A DNA stretch of 64,000 nucleotides, taken from positions 77,061-141,060 of the forward strand of contig CAMYNW010000018.1 of NCBI GenBank assembly GCA_947259885.1, given 5' to 3'. The notes under the pieces are model-generated. The model had not been told where the DNA came from. It ran no database searches and saw only the letters and a program-made list of their open reading frames with translations. Source of the DNA: an uncultured Gammaproteobacteria bacterium. GTDB lineage: Bacteria > Pseudomonadota > Gammaproteobacteria > Arenicellales > Poriferihabitantaceae. Positions 48,367-56,674 of the stretch are shown piece after piece; within the stretch, counting starts at the first letter, position 1; each line of letters begins with the position of its first letter. A program made the translations under genes and the position numbers.

Positions 48367-51300
48367 TGTACAGAGAAATTCTTCGAAAATTTTCGTTCCA
48401 TTGTATACATGCTATCTTGGTTATCACCGTTGCGCAAAATGGTGTTCATGCACAAGTGGCTCAGCTACCGTTAGAGACAATAATAAGTGTTCCACCGAAC
48501 GTTTTTTTATTTATCGACAACTCGCCAAGTATGGGAAGTATGTCCACCCACTCTGATTATGATCAAAACTTTAATTATCCAAGATGGTCAATCCTGATGG
48601 GGCCTCTCCACCCAAACGTAGCTCTAGCTGATGGCGAATACGTTTTTGTCGACAGACTTTTATCTGGAGATTGTACCGCAGGCTATGTGCAAGGGAATCG
48701 CGGGTCGATGACCAGCTGTCTAAAATTACCAGATAACATCAATGGCAGCTGGCAGTACTCCCGCCACTATCTCGATTTTCTATTCAACACTTTTGCGAGT
48801 GGTACTGATCTTAGCCAGCCACAACAAAGTGGTGAGTGGCTGATACCCAGAACCTCCGTTCTGCACGAACTTAAGCAAGCCGCCACGGAGCTTGTCACAA
48901 AACTGGAACACGTCCGACTTTGTCTGGCCAGCTTCGGCCAAGACACGACAGGCATCAATTTCAAGCACTCATGCTCTGAAAATAATGACATAATTTTGCA
49001 ATCCATTGCCACAATTTCTTTAAACAACACCAGTTACTCACCGCTGTCACAGGCCTACCAACAGATATGGAACTATTTTCGCGGCCAGTTTAATGGCAGC
49101 CAGGCAGATGATTCGATCCTGTCCCCCGTTCAGTACCGGTGTCAGGGAAACGCCATAATCATGGTCAGCGACGGGCTTGAGTACCCGGACGAAGCAGCAT
49201 CGGCCAATTCCCCACAAGCCCTCATTTTAACTGCACAGCGTGCGCGACAAGTCGACCTGCTTGATGCCAATGTTTATGATGATGCAGGTAAATCATTTGG
49301 CTCAGCTGAGATTCCAATCATGCCAAATACGGAGCCTGCGGATCGTGACTTCTCCCACCAGAATTTGACTGGATTCTTCGTTTCCGCAGATGGAACCAGC
49401 AGAGTAATGACCGACGCTGCAGAGCACTCGGGCGGAATCCATGTCGGACCGAAGGATACGGACTTGTTGTCATCTGTAATACAAAGAACTCTGCGAAGAC
49501 AACGCCAAACTCAAAGCAGTGTGGCCCCGTTGGTGAGTAACATCGATGCAAACGGGCGAAATACCGTTTACCAGACCATCTATGATCCTGCAACCTGGTC
49601 TGGATCGATACAAGCCTATAATTTCAATACAACCGTCAATACAGGTGACTTCAATTCTGAATCAGCATGGGGCGAAGGCGCCGAGATTCCTGACTATCTC
49701 TATCGCAATATATTTACCGCGATCCCTTCCGATAATTCAAGTATCGATAGCTCTGCTTTAGTCCCCACACTGTTTCAATGGGATCAACTCCAGGATGTCC
49801 TGCCCCGACTACCAGGTTATAGTGAGGAGGTTCTAAGCTGGCTGCGAGGGGACCCGCAACTGGAACTATCTAATGGCGGAGTTTTCAGAGATAGAGCTGA
49901 GCTACTTGGAGATATCGTCCACAGTTATCCTGCAATCCTGCCAAAAACACCTAATCAGAACTATCCGGATGCTGACTATCTGAGTTTTGCCAGCCAGATG
50001 AGCCTGATGCGCAGTTCGCCCATAGTTTTCGTTGGAGCTAACGACGGCATGCTGCACGGTTTTTCTGAAGGTTCTTCTGGCGCTGAAGAAGTTTTTGCTT
50101 ATGTCCCATGGACGCTGTTGCCCGAATTACCCGAGCTATCCGATCCGGATTATCGTCATAGATTCTTCTTTGATGGCCCGATTACACTGGTAGATGCACG
50201 AATCAGCACCAATTCTGAAGTAAATGCCTGGCATACCGTATTGCTCGCCACCTTCGGAGCAGGTGCAAAAGGCATGGTCGCACTGGATGTCACTGACCCG
50301 GATGCATTCGATTTGCAGGGGCCCCACGATCTCGAAAAGCTGTTCCTTTGGGAGATAAGCCCGCTATCTGTTGAGATCTCAGATCCATCAAATTCGCCGT
50401 ATTCTGATATGGGTCATCTGCTATCGCCTGCATCGGTTATTCGCGTTAAAGACAGTGATCAAAGTGAGCATTGGTTTGCTGTGACCGGCAATGGAGTTGG
50501 CAGTCAATCCAATAAAAGCACGATCTACATAATCAATCTGGATAACGGAACGCCTCATCAGCTGATCGATGTACCACCGGATCGAATCAGCGGAATCACT
50601 TCTGTAACCGCGGCTGATTTGGATGACGATTCATTTGTCGACAGACTTTACGCAGCAGACTTGTCAGGAAACGTATGGCGCTTTGACTGGATGCCGGAAC
50701 TGATCCGATTCGAGAGTTTCTACAAAACGAATAACTCTCCATCTCCCCTGTTCTCCGCTAGTGAAAAGGATATGGAAACTGAGCAGTCTTCAAACCAAGC
50801 GATCAGTAGTGGATTCGAAATCGGACAGTTGCCTGGCAAAGGACAGGATAATGGAATAATTCTCTACTTTGGCACTGGAAAAAACTTTGCCTATAGTGAC
50901 TTGCCTGGGACCGACACACATCTCAATCCAACAAACAGTATCTACGGCGTATGGGATAGTGGGCAAGTCGCTGCATTTGATCGCAGCCGTCTGGTGCAAC
51001 AACAGATTAACACCTTCGATATGGGGCAACTGAAGTTTCGAACTATCGATGGACGATCCCCTCATTATGATATTGACAAGGATCTTGGATGGGTTATTGA
51101 CTTGACTGAAGAAAATGAGAAAGTTACCAATGATCCTGCCTTGCTTCATGAAAGGATTCAGTTCACCACTACGACACGACCCTCAGAACCAAGTGATCCC
51201 TGTGTTTCGGCTCCAGAAGGCTGGCTGCTGGAGATAGATGCCGTAACTGGTGGCAATCCAGAATCCCACATTTTCGACATTAATTTCGACTATCAGGTAG

Positions 51301-51503
51301 ACGAACTAGACCACGCGCCAGATGACAGACCCGTTGCTGGTGTGCAACCAGATGCAGGGTCACCTGCAAAACCAATCATATTAGAGCTCGAAAACAACGG
51401 TAGCACGACTCTTACCCGATTAAGCAGTGATACAAACGGAGAATTGGTTCAAAGTAACACTCCGGTCACGACAAAGCGTCTATCCTGGCGTACTTTAGAA
51501 TAA
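48363..51503 (+). CDS. pilY1: Type IV pilus tip-associated adhesin PilY1 (N-terminal vWA-like domain + C-terminal PilY1 propeller)
   Basis: 1046 aa with a signal peptide. DNSPS (DxSxS MIDAS-like) at FLFIDNSPSMGSM. C-terminal region has VFVGANDGMLHGF and an EF-hand-like loop DLDDDSFVD followed by YAADLSGNVWRFD, typical of the PilY1 domain. Confidence 0.8.
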   Translation: MMYREILRKFSFHCIHAILVITVAQNGVHAQVAQLPLETIISVPPNVFLFIDNSPSMGSMSTHSDYDQNFNYPRWSILMGPLHPNVALADGEYVFVDRLLSGDCTAGYVQGNRGSMTSCLKLPDNINGSWQYSRHYLDFLFNTFASGTDLSQPQQSGEWLIPRTSVLHELKQAATELVTKLEHVRLCLASFGQDTTGINFKHSCSENNDIILQSIATISLNNTSYSPLSQAYQQIWNYFRGQFNGSQADDSILSPVQYRCQGNAIIMVSDGLEYPDEAASANSPQALILTAQRARQVDLLDANVYDDAGKSFGSAEIPIMPNTEPADRDFSHQNLTGFFVSADGTSRVMTDAAEHSGGIHVGPKDTDLLSSVIQRTLRRQRQTQSSVAPLVSNIDANGRNTVYQTIYDPATWSGSIQAYNFNTTVNTGDFNSESAWGEGAEIPDYLYRNIFTAIPSDNSSIDSSALVPTLFQWDQLQDVLPRLPGYSEEVLSWLRGDPQLELSNGGVFRDRAELLGDIVHSYPAILPKTPNQNYPDADYLSFASQMSLMRSSPIVFVGANDGMLHGFSEGSSGAEEVFAYVPWTLLPELPELSDPDYRHRFFFDGPITLVDARISTNSEVNAWHTVLLATFGAGAKGMVALDVTDPDAFDLQGPHDLEKLFLWEISPLSVEISDPSNSPYSDMGHLLSPASVIRVKDSDQSEHWFAVTGNGVGSQSNKSTIYIINLDNGTPHQLIDVPPDRISGITSVTAADLDDDSFVDRLYAADLSGNVWRFDWMPELIRFESFYKTNNSPSPLFSASEKDMETEQSSNQAISSGFEIGQLPGKGQDNGIILYFGTGKNFAYSDLPGTDTHLNPTNSIYGVWDSGQVAAFDRSRLVQQQINTFDMGQLKFRTIDGRSPHYDIDKDLGWVIDLTEENEKVTNDPALLHERIQFTTTTRPSEPSDPCVSAPEGWLLEIDAVTGGNPESHIFDINFDYQVDELDHAPDDRPVAGVQPDAGSPAKPIILELENNGSTTLTRLSSDTNGELVQSNTPVTTKRLSWRTLE

Positions 51504-51540
51504 CCACCAGTTTCTACAACGCAGACAAGGAGGTCTGACC

Positions 51541-51639
51541 ATGTTTATTATTCTCTATCACCACCTGATATCAGCAGTGTGTCTGGTCACATGGAATCTC
51601 AGCTTGACTGAATTCGCACACGAGATGGTCAGATGTTAG
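51541..51639 (+). CDS. Possible 32-codon upstream ORF overlapping the pilE start
   Basis: A strong SD (AAGGAGG, 51527-51533) lies 7 nt before the ATG at 51541. Product MFIILYHHLISAVCLVTWNLSLTEFAHEMVRC. Its TAG (51637-51639) overlaps the pilE ATG (51633). It occupies the slot where P. aeruginosa has pilY2. Confidence 0.25.
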   Translation: MFIILYHHLISAVCLVTWNLSLTEFAHEMVRC

Positions 51640-52058
51640 ATTTCACTGCCAGGCAAGCCTATCGAACAACCGCAAACTACGGGTTCTCGTTGATCGAACT
51701 TCTAGTTGTTCTCACCTTAATCGGCATCATTGCGTCAGCCGCAGTACCAAGTTACTCCGCCTATGCCATCAGCGGACGACAAGCAAGTGCGATGGCTCAA
51801 TTAAACAAAATATCAATCGCGCTGGAGCAGTATTACATGCGGCATCACTCATATGAGACCACCTTAGAGCAGATAAATATACCGGATAGCGACAGTTGGT
51901 TTGACTACTCGATCAGCAACCATGATCGATACAGCTATCAGATACAAGCGAATCCAAGGCAGCCACATCGACTTCCCCTCGCCTTCAGCCTGGATCAATT
52001 GGGCAGACAGCATCATCGGAAGGCGCGGTCCTCTTCTTGGCTGAATGGGTGGCCGTGA
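51633..52058 (+). CDS. pilE: Type IV minor pilin PilE
   Basis: YGFSLIELLVVLTLIGIIASAAVPSY is a canonical G/F(S)LIEL prepilin motif. 141 aa, last pilin gene of the operon. The leader is unusually long at 17 aa, with no alternative in-frame start. Confidence 0.7.
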   Translation: MLDFTARQAYRTTANYGFSLIELLVVLTLIGIIASAAVPSYSAYAISGRQASAMAQLNKISIALEQYYMRHHSYETTLEQINIPDSDSWFDYSISNHDRYSYQIQANPRQPHRLPLAFSLDQLGRQHHRKARSSSWLNGWP

Positions 52059-52116
52059 TCAACCGATAGCACAGAGATTACTTTCCTGATTATGCGAGCG
52101 CAATTACAATCGGCTT

Positions 52117-52578
52117 ATGCACTTCCTGTCCCTTAAAATTCTGCCGCCTCTTCAGGTTCTAATCTTTGGAGTGATAATGTGGTTGATACATCGATATGTG
52201 CCAACACTGCACTATCATACTGGATACGAATTCTTGATTTCACGGCTCATACTATTCGTTTGTGTGATCATCTTTATCGCTGCGGTATATCAGTTTTGGA
52301 AACACCAGACCACAGTACATCCCCAGAAGCTGGATCAAACTTCTGACCTGATTACAAAGGGAGTATTTGCCTGGTCAAGAAATCCAATATACGTGGTTGA
52401 CGCGTTATTGCTTCTCGCTTGGGCAATATGGATGGGCAACTGGATCAACCTGCTGATGCCGATTCTATTTGTGTCCTTCATTACGGAGTTTCAAATCAAG
52501 TCCGAAGAACAGATGCTCACTACAAAGTTTGGTGACAGCTACCTTAGATACAAGCAGCGCGTCAGGCGTTGGATCTGA
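52117..52578 (+). CDS. Isoprenylcysteine carboxyl methyltransferase (ICMT)/phospholipid methyltransferase family membrane protein
   Basis: 153 aa, 4 TM segments. C-terminal SRNPIYV...EEQMLTTKFGDSYLRYKQRVRRWI is typical of the family. Confidence 0.75.
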   Translation: MHFLSLKILPPLQVLIFGVIMWLIHRYVPTLHYHTGYEFLISRLILFVCVIIFIAAVYQFWKHQTTVHPQKLDQTSDLITKGVFAWSRNPIYVVDALLLLAWAIWMGNWINLLMPILFVSFITEFQIKSEEQMLTTKFGDSYLRYKQRVRRWI

Positions 52579-52588
52579 ATCTAACCCC

Positions 52589-53656
52589 ATGCCGAAATTG
52601 ATATTGCATCATATTGATGTATTGAATGAAGAATATATCAGCGGTTGGTGTCTAAACCGTTTTGCGCCCTGGCATCCGATAACTCTAGATTTCTATTTCG
52701 GTAAAGAGCGAGTCGGCCGAATTCTTTGCAACCAACCCCGAGACGATGTGAAGCGGGCCGGATTACATCTTTCAGGTGACTGTGGATTTGAATATAAGCT
52801 CCCATCCGGTCGCAACCAGTATCGGCCTGGCGATTTCAGGATCACCTGCTACCGAGGGTTGATCACCTTGTACAAGCTTCCAATCCAATCAATCCCGTCT
52901 GTTGTAAATCCCCCGAATACTGTTTTCTTCATGCATATTCCAAAAACTGCCGGAACCAGTTTCAATAATCATGTGCACTCATGGTTTGGATATGGAAAAT
53001 GGCATAGTCACATTGAGGTCCTGGATCTCGAAACACAGCGTGCGCTGATAAAACCAGGGCACTATCTTGCTGGGCATATACCTTTGTACAGACTGAGAGA
53101 AATCGAATCTGATTTCTCCAAGTTAGATATTCATTCAATCGTTCGTAAACCAATCGAGCAACTCCATTCCCATCTTTCATGGCTAAAGGGAATCGGAACT
53201 GATCCTGACAGCGGCTTTTTTAAAGCGCACCAACCGGTCATCCAGGAGCTCTCGCTGCAGATGCAAGATGCGGAGCTAAGCCACGCCATCGGCATCGAGA
53301 ATTTCGTTAATGCAATAGAGGGGTTTCAGCTTGACTTTTTCGACAACATACAAACCCGTTACATGCTTACATCAAGGCCGCAACAGATAAGCCATGCTGA
53401 TCTGAATCAAGCAATTGAAAACCTTTCAGTATTCAAAACAATTGGAACTACCGAGTCATATCACGAATATCTTGATCAATGCGCTGAATATTATCAACGT
53501 AAAGCTTCGGTCCAATCCACACGACATAATCCAGCAAAAGTATCAGCGTTGTTTGATAAAACCGATCCTTCAGTTCTAGACGCTATAGATCCACTCATTC
53601 ATTTTGACAATCAACTCTACAAAACTATTAGGGAATCTCGAATATGGCAGAATTGA
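52589..53656 (+). CDS. Sulfotransferase family protein (Sulfotransfer_2-like) with ~100-aa N-terminal extra domain
   Basis: PAPS 5'-phosphosulfate-binding type motif FFMHIPKTAGTSF. I prefer the ATG at 52589, just after the ICMT stop. The ORF-track start at 52469 lies inside the ICMT gene. Confidence 0.7.
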   Translation: MPKLILHHIDVLNEEYISGWCLNRFAPWHPITLDFYFGKERVGRILCNQPRDDVKRAGLHLSGDCGFEYKLPSGRNQYRPGDFRITCYRGLITLYKLPIQSIPSVVNPPNTVFFMHIPKTAGTSFNNHVHSWFGYGKWHSHIEVLDLETQRALIKPGHYLAGHIPLYRLREIESDFSKLDIHSIVRKPIEQLHSHLSWLKGIGTDPDSGFFKAHQPVIQELSLQMQDAELSHAIGIENFVNAIEGFQLDFFDNIQTRYMLTSRPQQISHADLNQAIENLSVFKTIGTTESYHEYLDQCAEYYQRKASVQSTRHNPAKVSALFDKTDPSVLDAIDPLIHFDNQLYKTIRESRIWQN

Positions 53657-54069
53657 AAACTAGACCCACACGCAAAAGTGTTGAGAAATATCTTAATGCC
53701 GTTGAGAACGAAATGCGGCGCCAGGATTGTTTAGATCTTTTGAAAATTATGCAGAGAATTACCGGCGAGAAACCGGTCTTATGGGGTGACAGCATTGTAG
53801 GGTTTGGACAATATCATTACAAACAACGCAGCGGGCAACCCGGAATATGGCCGTTAACAGGATTTTCACCGCGAAAACAGAATCTCACCATATACATCAT
53901 GCCTGGTTTCAAGAATCACCAAAAGGCGCTTAAAAAACCTGGTAAGCACAAGCATTCCGTTTCATGCCTTTACCTGAAAAAGCTTGCAGACATAGATATC
54001 TCGGCCCTGACGGAAATCATCGCGGACTCGGTTTCAGTGATGCGAGAAAGATACTCCGAAGAAATATAA
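53644..54069 (+). CDS. DUF1801 (YdhG-like) domain-containing protein
   Basis: 141 aa. VEKYLNAV...DCLDLLKIMQRITGEKPVLWGDSIVGFGQYHYK...TGFSPRKQNLTIYI matches the DUF1801 pattern. 13-nt overlap with the sulfotransferase gene. Confidence 0.7.
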   Translation: MAELKTRPTRKSVEKYLNAVENEMRRQDCLDLLKIMQRITGEKPVLWGDSIVGFGQYHYKQRSGQPGIWPLTGFSPRKQNLTIYIMPGFKNHQKALKKPGKHKHSVSCLYLKKLADIDISALTEIIADSVSVMRERYSEEI

Positions 54070-54151
54070 GGACTGCTAATTAGATTGGAGCCACTTTTTT
54101 ATTATTACTGCCAGCGATGTATTATGTCTGCATGAAGCAGAGGTTGCGGCA

Positions 54152-54433
54152 TCACGATACCTTTTCAGCGACGTACGCGATTAACTTTTCCGTATCCACA
54201 TGAAAATGGTTATAAACAACCTGCCCTTCAGGATCAATCAGAATGATCCAGGGCGTCCCTCCGGTAAGATACTTGATCATCGTTTGCGGCCTATGATCAC
54301 CAGCAGGATCTCCGGCGTCGTGACCCATCGTGATCGGCAGATCATACTTAAGCTGTAATTTGCGAACGTCTTCGCCAACGTGGCGCCAGTTGCGGCAATG
54401 AGACCACGCCGGCTGTAAGATAGCCTTTTCGAA
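54152..54433 (-). pseudogene. Thioredoxin-fold (TlpA/redoxin-like) gene remnant lacking its N-terminal part
   Basis: My translation of the open minus-strand frame: FEKAILQPAWSHCRNWRHVGEDVRKLQLKYDLPITMGHDAGDPAGDHRPQTMIKYLTGGTPWIILIDPEGQVVYNHFHVDTEKLIAYVAEKVS. The C-terminal half (PQTM..Y...GTPxxILIDxxG) looks like redoxin family proteins. There is no intact CxxC, and no start codon before ITMGHD. Confidence 0.5.
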
Positions 54434-54568
54434 TCAACCATTTCATATATATTGATTAACGATAACTTCTATGTCGACAGCAAAAACTAAAATTCGTTCT
54501 AATCGGAACTATTTTTCCGATGATAGACCAAACTTAATTTTAAAGTCCTTTTAGGGCACCACTCCCAT

Positions 54569-55402
54569 ATGAAGAATCTGCAGCACCTTGATGGACCGGT
54601 TATCGTATTTGGAGGACCATACGGCAACTTCCAGGCCACCCAGGCCATTCAGTCTGCCGCCAAGCATCTTCAAATTCCCCCTCGTAATATTATTTGCAAT
54701 GGAGACCTGATTGCATACTGCGCGAACCCGGAAGAAACCGTCAATCTGATCAGAGACTGGGGGATTAATGTGGTGAAAGGAAATTGCGAAGAGTCCATTG
54801 GCGACCAGGCTGACGATTGTGGATGTGGATTTGATGAGGGCAGCCTCTGCTCAATACTTTCTGCGGAGTGGTACAGCTATTGCAAAGCACACGTTTCGCT
54901 AACAAATCAGCTGTGGATGTCTCAACTGCCTAGTATCATTGAATTCCAGATCGGCACAATTCGATTTGCGGCCATTCATGGTGGTGTTGAGGATATCAGT
55001 GAGTTTGTTTTTGCCTCTTCACCCAGCGATCAAAAGCGTAATGCGATAGATAGTTTATCGGTTGACTGCGTCATTGGCGGACATTGCGGAATTCCCTTTG
55101 GCCATCCGGTTGAAAGCGGTTATTGGCTCAATACTGGGGTGATCGGTATGCCCGCCAATGATGGCACTCCAGACGGCTGGTACCTGCTGCTGGAACATAA
55201 CGGGACAGAAGTGTTGTCCACCTGGCACCGTCTATCCTTCGATTGTGTTGGTGCAGCGGAATCTATGCGTCAATCCGGTCTTGGTTCGGCGTATCGCGAA
55301 GCCCTTATCACCGGACTATGGCCGTCTATGGAAGTCCTTCCAGAGAGCGAAAAGGAAAATCGAGGAACCCCTTTAGAGCTTTATCCACTGCAGCTCAACT
55401 AG
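54569..55402 (+). CDS. Metallophosphoesterase-fold protein with substituted metal-binding motifs and a Cys-rich insert
   Basis: 277 aa. Motif II NGD, motif IV IHGG and motif V GGHCG are present. Motif I reads FGGPYGN (no D-x-H) and motif III reads GNCE (not GNHE). There is a Cys cluster DDCGCGFDEGSLCS...YC. Confidence 0.65.
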   Translation: MKNLQHLDGPVIVFGGPYGNFQATQAIQSAAKHLQIPPRNIICNGDLIAYCANPEETVNLIRDWGINVVKGNCEESIGDQADDCGCGFDEGSLCSILSAEWYSYCKAHVSLTNQLWMSQLPSIIEFQIGTIRFAAIHGGVEDISEFVFASSPSDQKRNAIDSLSVDCVIGGHCGIPFGHPVESGYWLNTGVIGMPANDGTPDGWYLLLEHNGTEVLSTWHRLSFDCVGAAESMRQSGLGSAYREALITGLWPSMEVLPESEKENRGTPLELYPLQLN

Positions 55403-55424
55403 ATAGAGTGCCGCTTAAAAATAC

Positions 55425-56663
55425 TTACTTCTGCTCGTAAAGTGATTGCACTGCATTCTGACCTGATTTCCATGCTCCATGTGCGGTATTGAATTCCCGC
55501 GCAGAAGTCGCTTCACCGGCAAAGAACAGTTTTTGGTCAACAGGATGCGCCAGGACTTTGCGCGGCTCCACCGCTCCTGGCACTGTGCAGGAATAAGCGC
55601 CCTTGATCCACGGATCAAACCCCCATGCGCTCGCGCGAAATCGACCAAGCTCCTTTCGCACGTTGTCGCCAAATATCTCCGCTAATACATCTTCGAACCA
55701 CTGTGATGCAACGATCTCGCCCTTTTTCTCCAGCCACCAGGCAAATCTTCCTGCAACGGTTACGAACACGCAGTCGTCACCAAAAGGCCTTACCCGTATA
55801 GCGGCAAATACGTCATCTTTGGCATAACCAATGGCGCCAGGTGCATCGACTAACGCACCCGGCATCAGCGGAAAGAAAAGATTATTATAGTTTCCAAGCG
55901 GAAGATCTTGGATCGCCTGCTGTTTCCAGACCGGCAGGGCCGGGGTGAACTTTATATCTCCCGCACCTAACACTCCGGTCGAGACGGTGATTAACACTTT
56001 GGTGGTAGTGATTTCACCATCTATCAGTACTATTCTGACCTGGTTCGAACCCCAATTGATTTCACTTACAGGCGTATTAAGCCTCACCGGGCACTTTTCC
56101 CCACTGGCAGAAATTAGGGCGCCGTAACCTTGCCGCAATGGCCAGTCTTCATGGGTATCATCAAATTCAGCCATATCGGATACGGATACCTGATCCGGAT
56201 CATTCGAATGCATCAAACTGAGCCAGTAGCTCGCCCACCCACAATGAAGGCTTTCCTGCTCCATACAATCCCAGATTGATATCCGTTTGCCCGAATGATA
56301 TGCATCGCATACCGCCGTTTCGACCGATTCAAGATACGCGTTTCTTGCTGCCGCAGCTGTCCCGTCGCCCCATGAGCCATTTACGAACGCCTGATAGATA
56401 GGATTAGATCGCTCATATTCAAATTCTAATCGCTCGGCCAACGGCACAAATGGGTTCTGCCGCGCACAATGCATCCAATGACAACCGAGATCAACCGGCA
56501 CTCCGTTCTCCAGAAATTCAGTAAGCCCTCTCCCCCCAGTGCGGTGCGAAGCTTCAAGCACCAGGTGTGGGATTCCAAGTTCCGTAGCCTTGACTGACGC
56601 CCCTAGTCCTGCCGCGCCAGCACCGATGACGACTAATGGATAGTCCGGGGTGCTAATGTTCAT
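55425..56663 (-). CDS. FAD-dependent amine oxidase (flavin monoamine/polyamine oxidase family)
   Basis: 412 aa. Dinucleotide fold VVIGAGAAGLGAS...LEASHRTGGR and C-terminal FFAGEATS, typical of flavin amine oxidases. Confidence 0.85.
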   Translation of the reverse strand: MNISTPDYPLVVIGAGAAGLGASVKATELGIPHLVLEASHRTGGRGLTEFLENGVPVDLGCHWMHCARQNPFVPLAERLEFEYERSNPIYQAFVNGSWGDGTAAAARNAYLESVETAVCDAYHSGKRISIWDCMEQESLHCGWASYWLSLMHSNDPDQVSVSDMAEFDDTHEDWPLRQGYGALISASGEKCPVRLNTPVSEINWGSNQVRIVLIDGEITTTKVLITVSTGVLGAGDIKFTPALPVWKQQAIQDLPLGNYNNLFFPLMPGALVDAPGAIGYAKDDVFAAIRVRPFGDDCVFVTVAGRFAWWLEKKGEIVASQWFEDVLAEIFGDNVRKELGRFRASAWGFDPWIKGAYSCTVPGAVEPRKVLAHPVDQKLFFAGEATSAREFNTAHGAWKSGQNAVQSLYEQK

Positions 56664-56674
56664 TAATTCTTATA

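Noticed and set aside
52469-52588. Sulfotransferase ORF extension overlapping the ICMT-like gene by 110 nt.
   Set aside because: The extension is an out-of-frame read of the ICMT C-terminus. An ATG at 52589, just after the ICMT stop, gives a sensible start.
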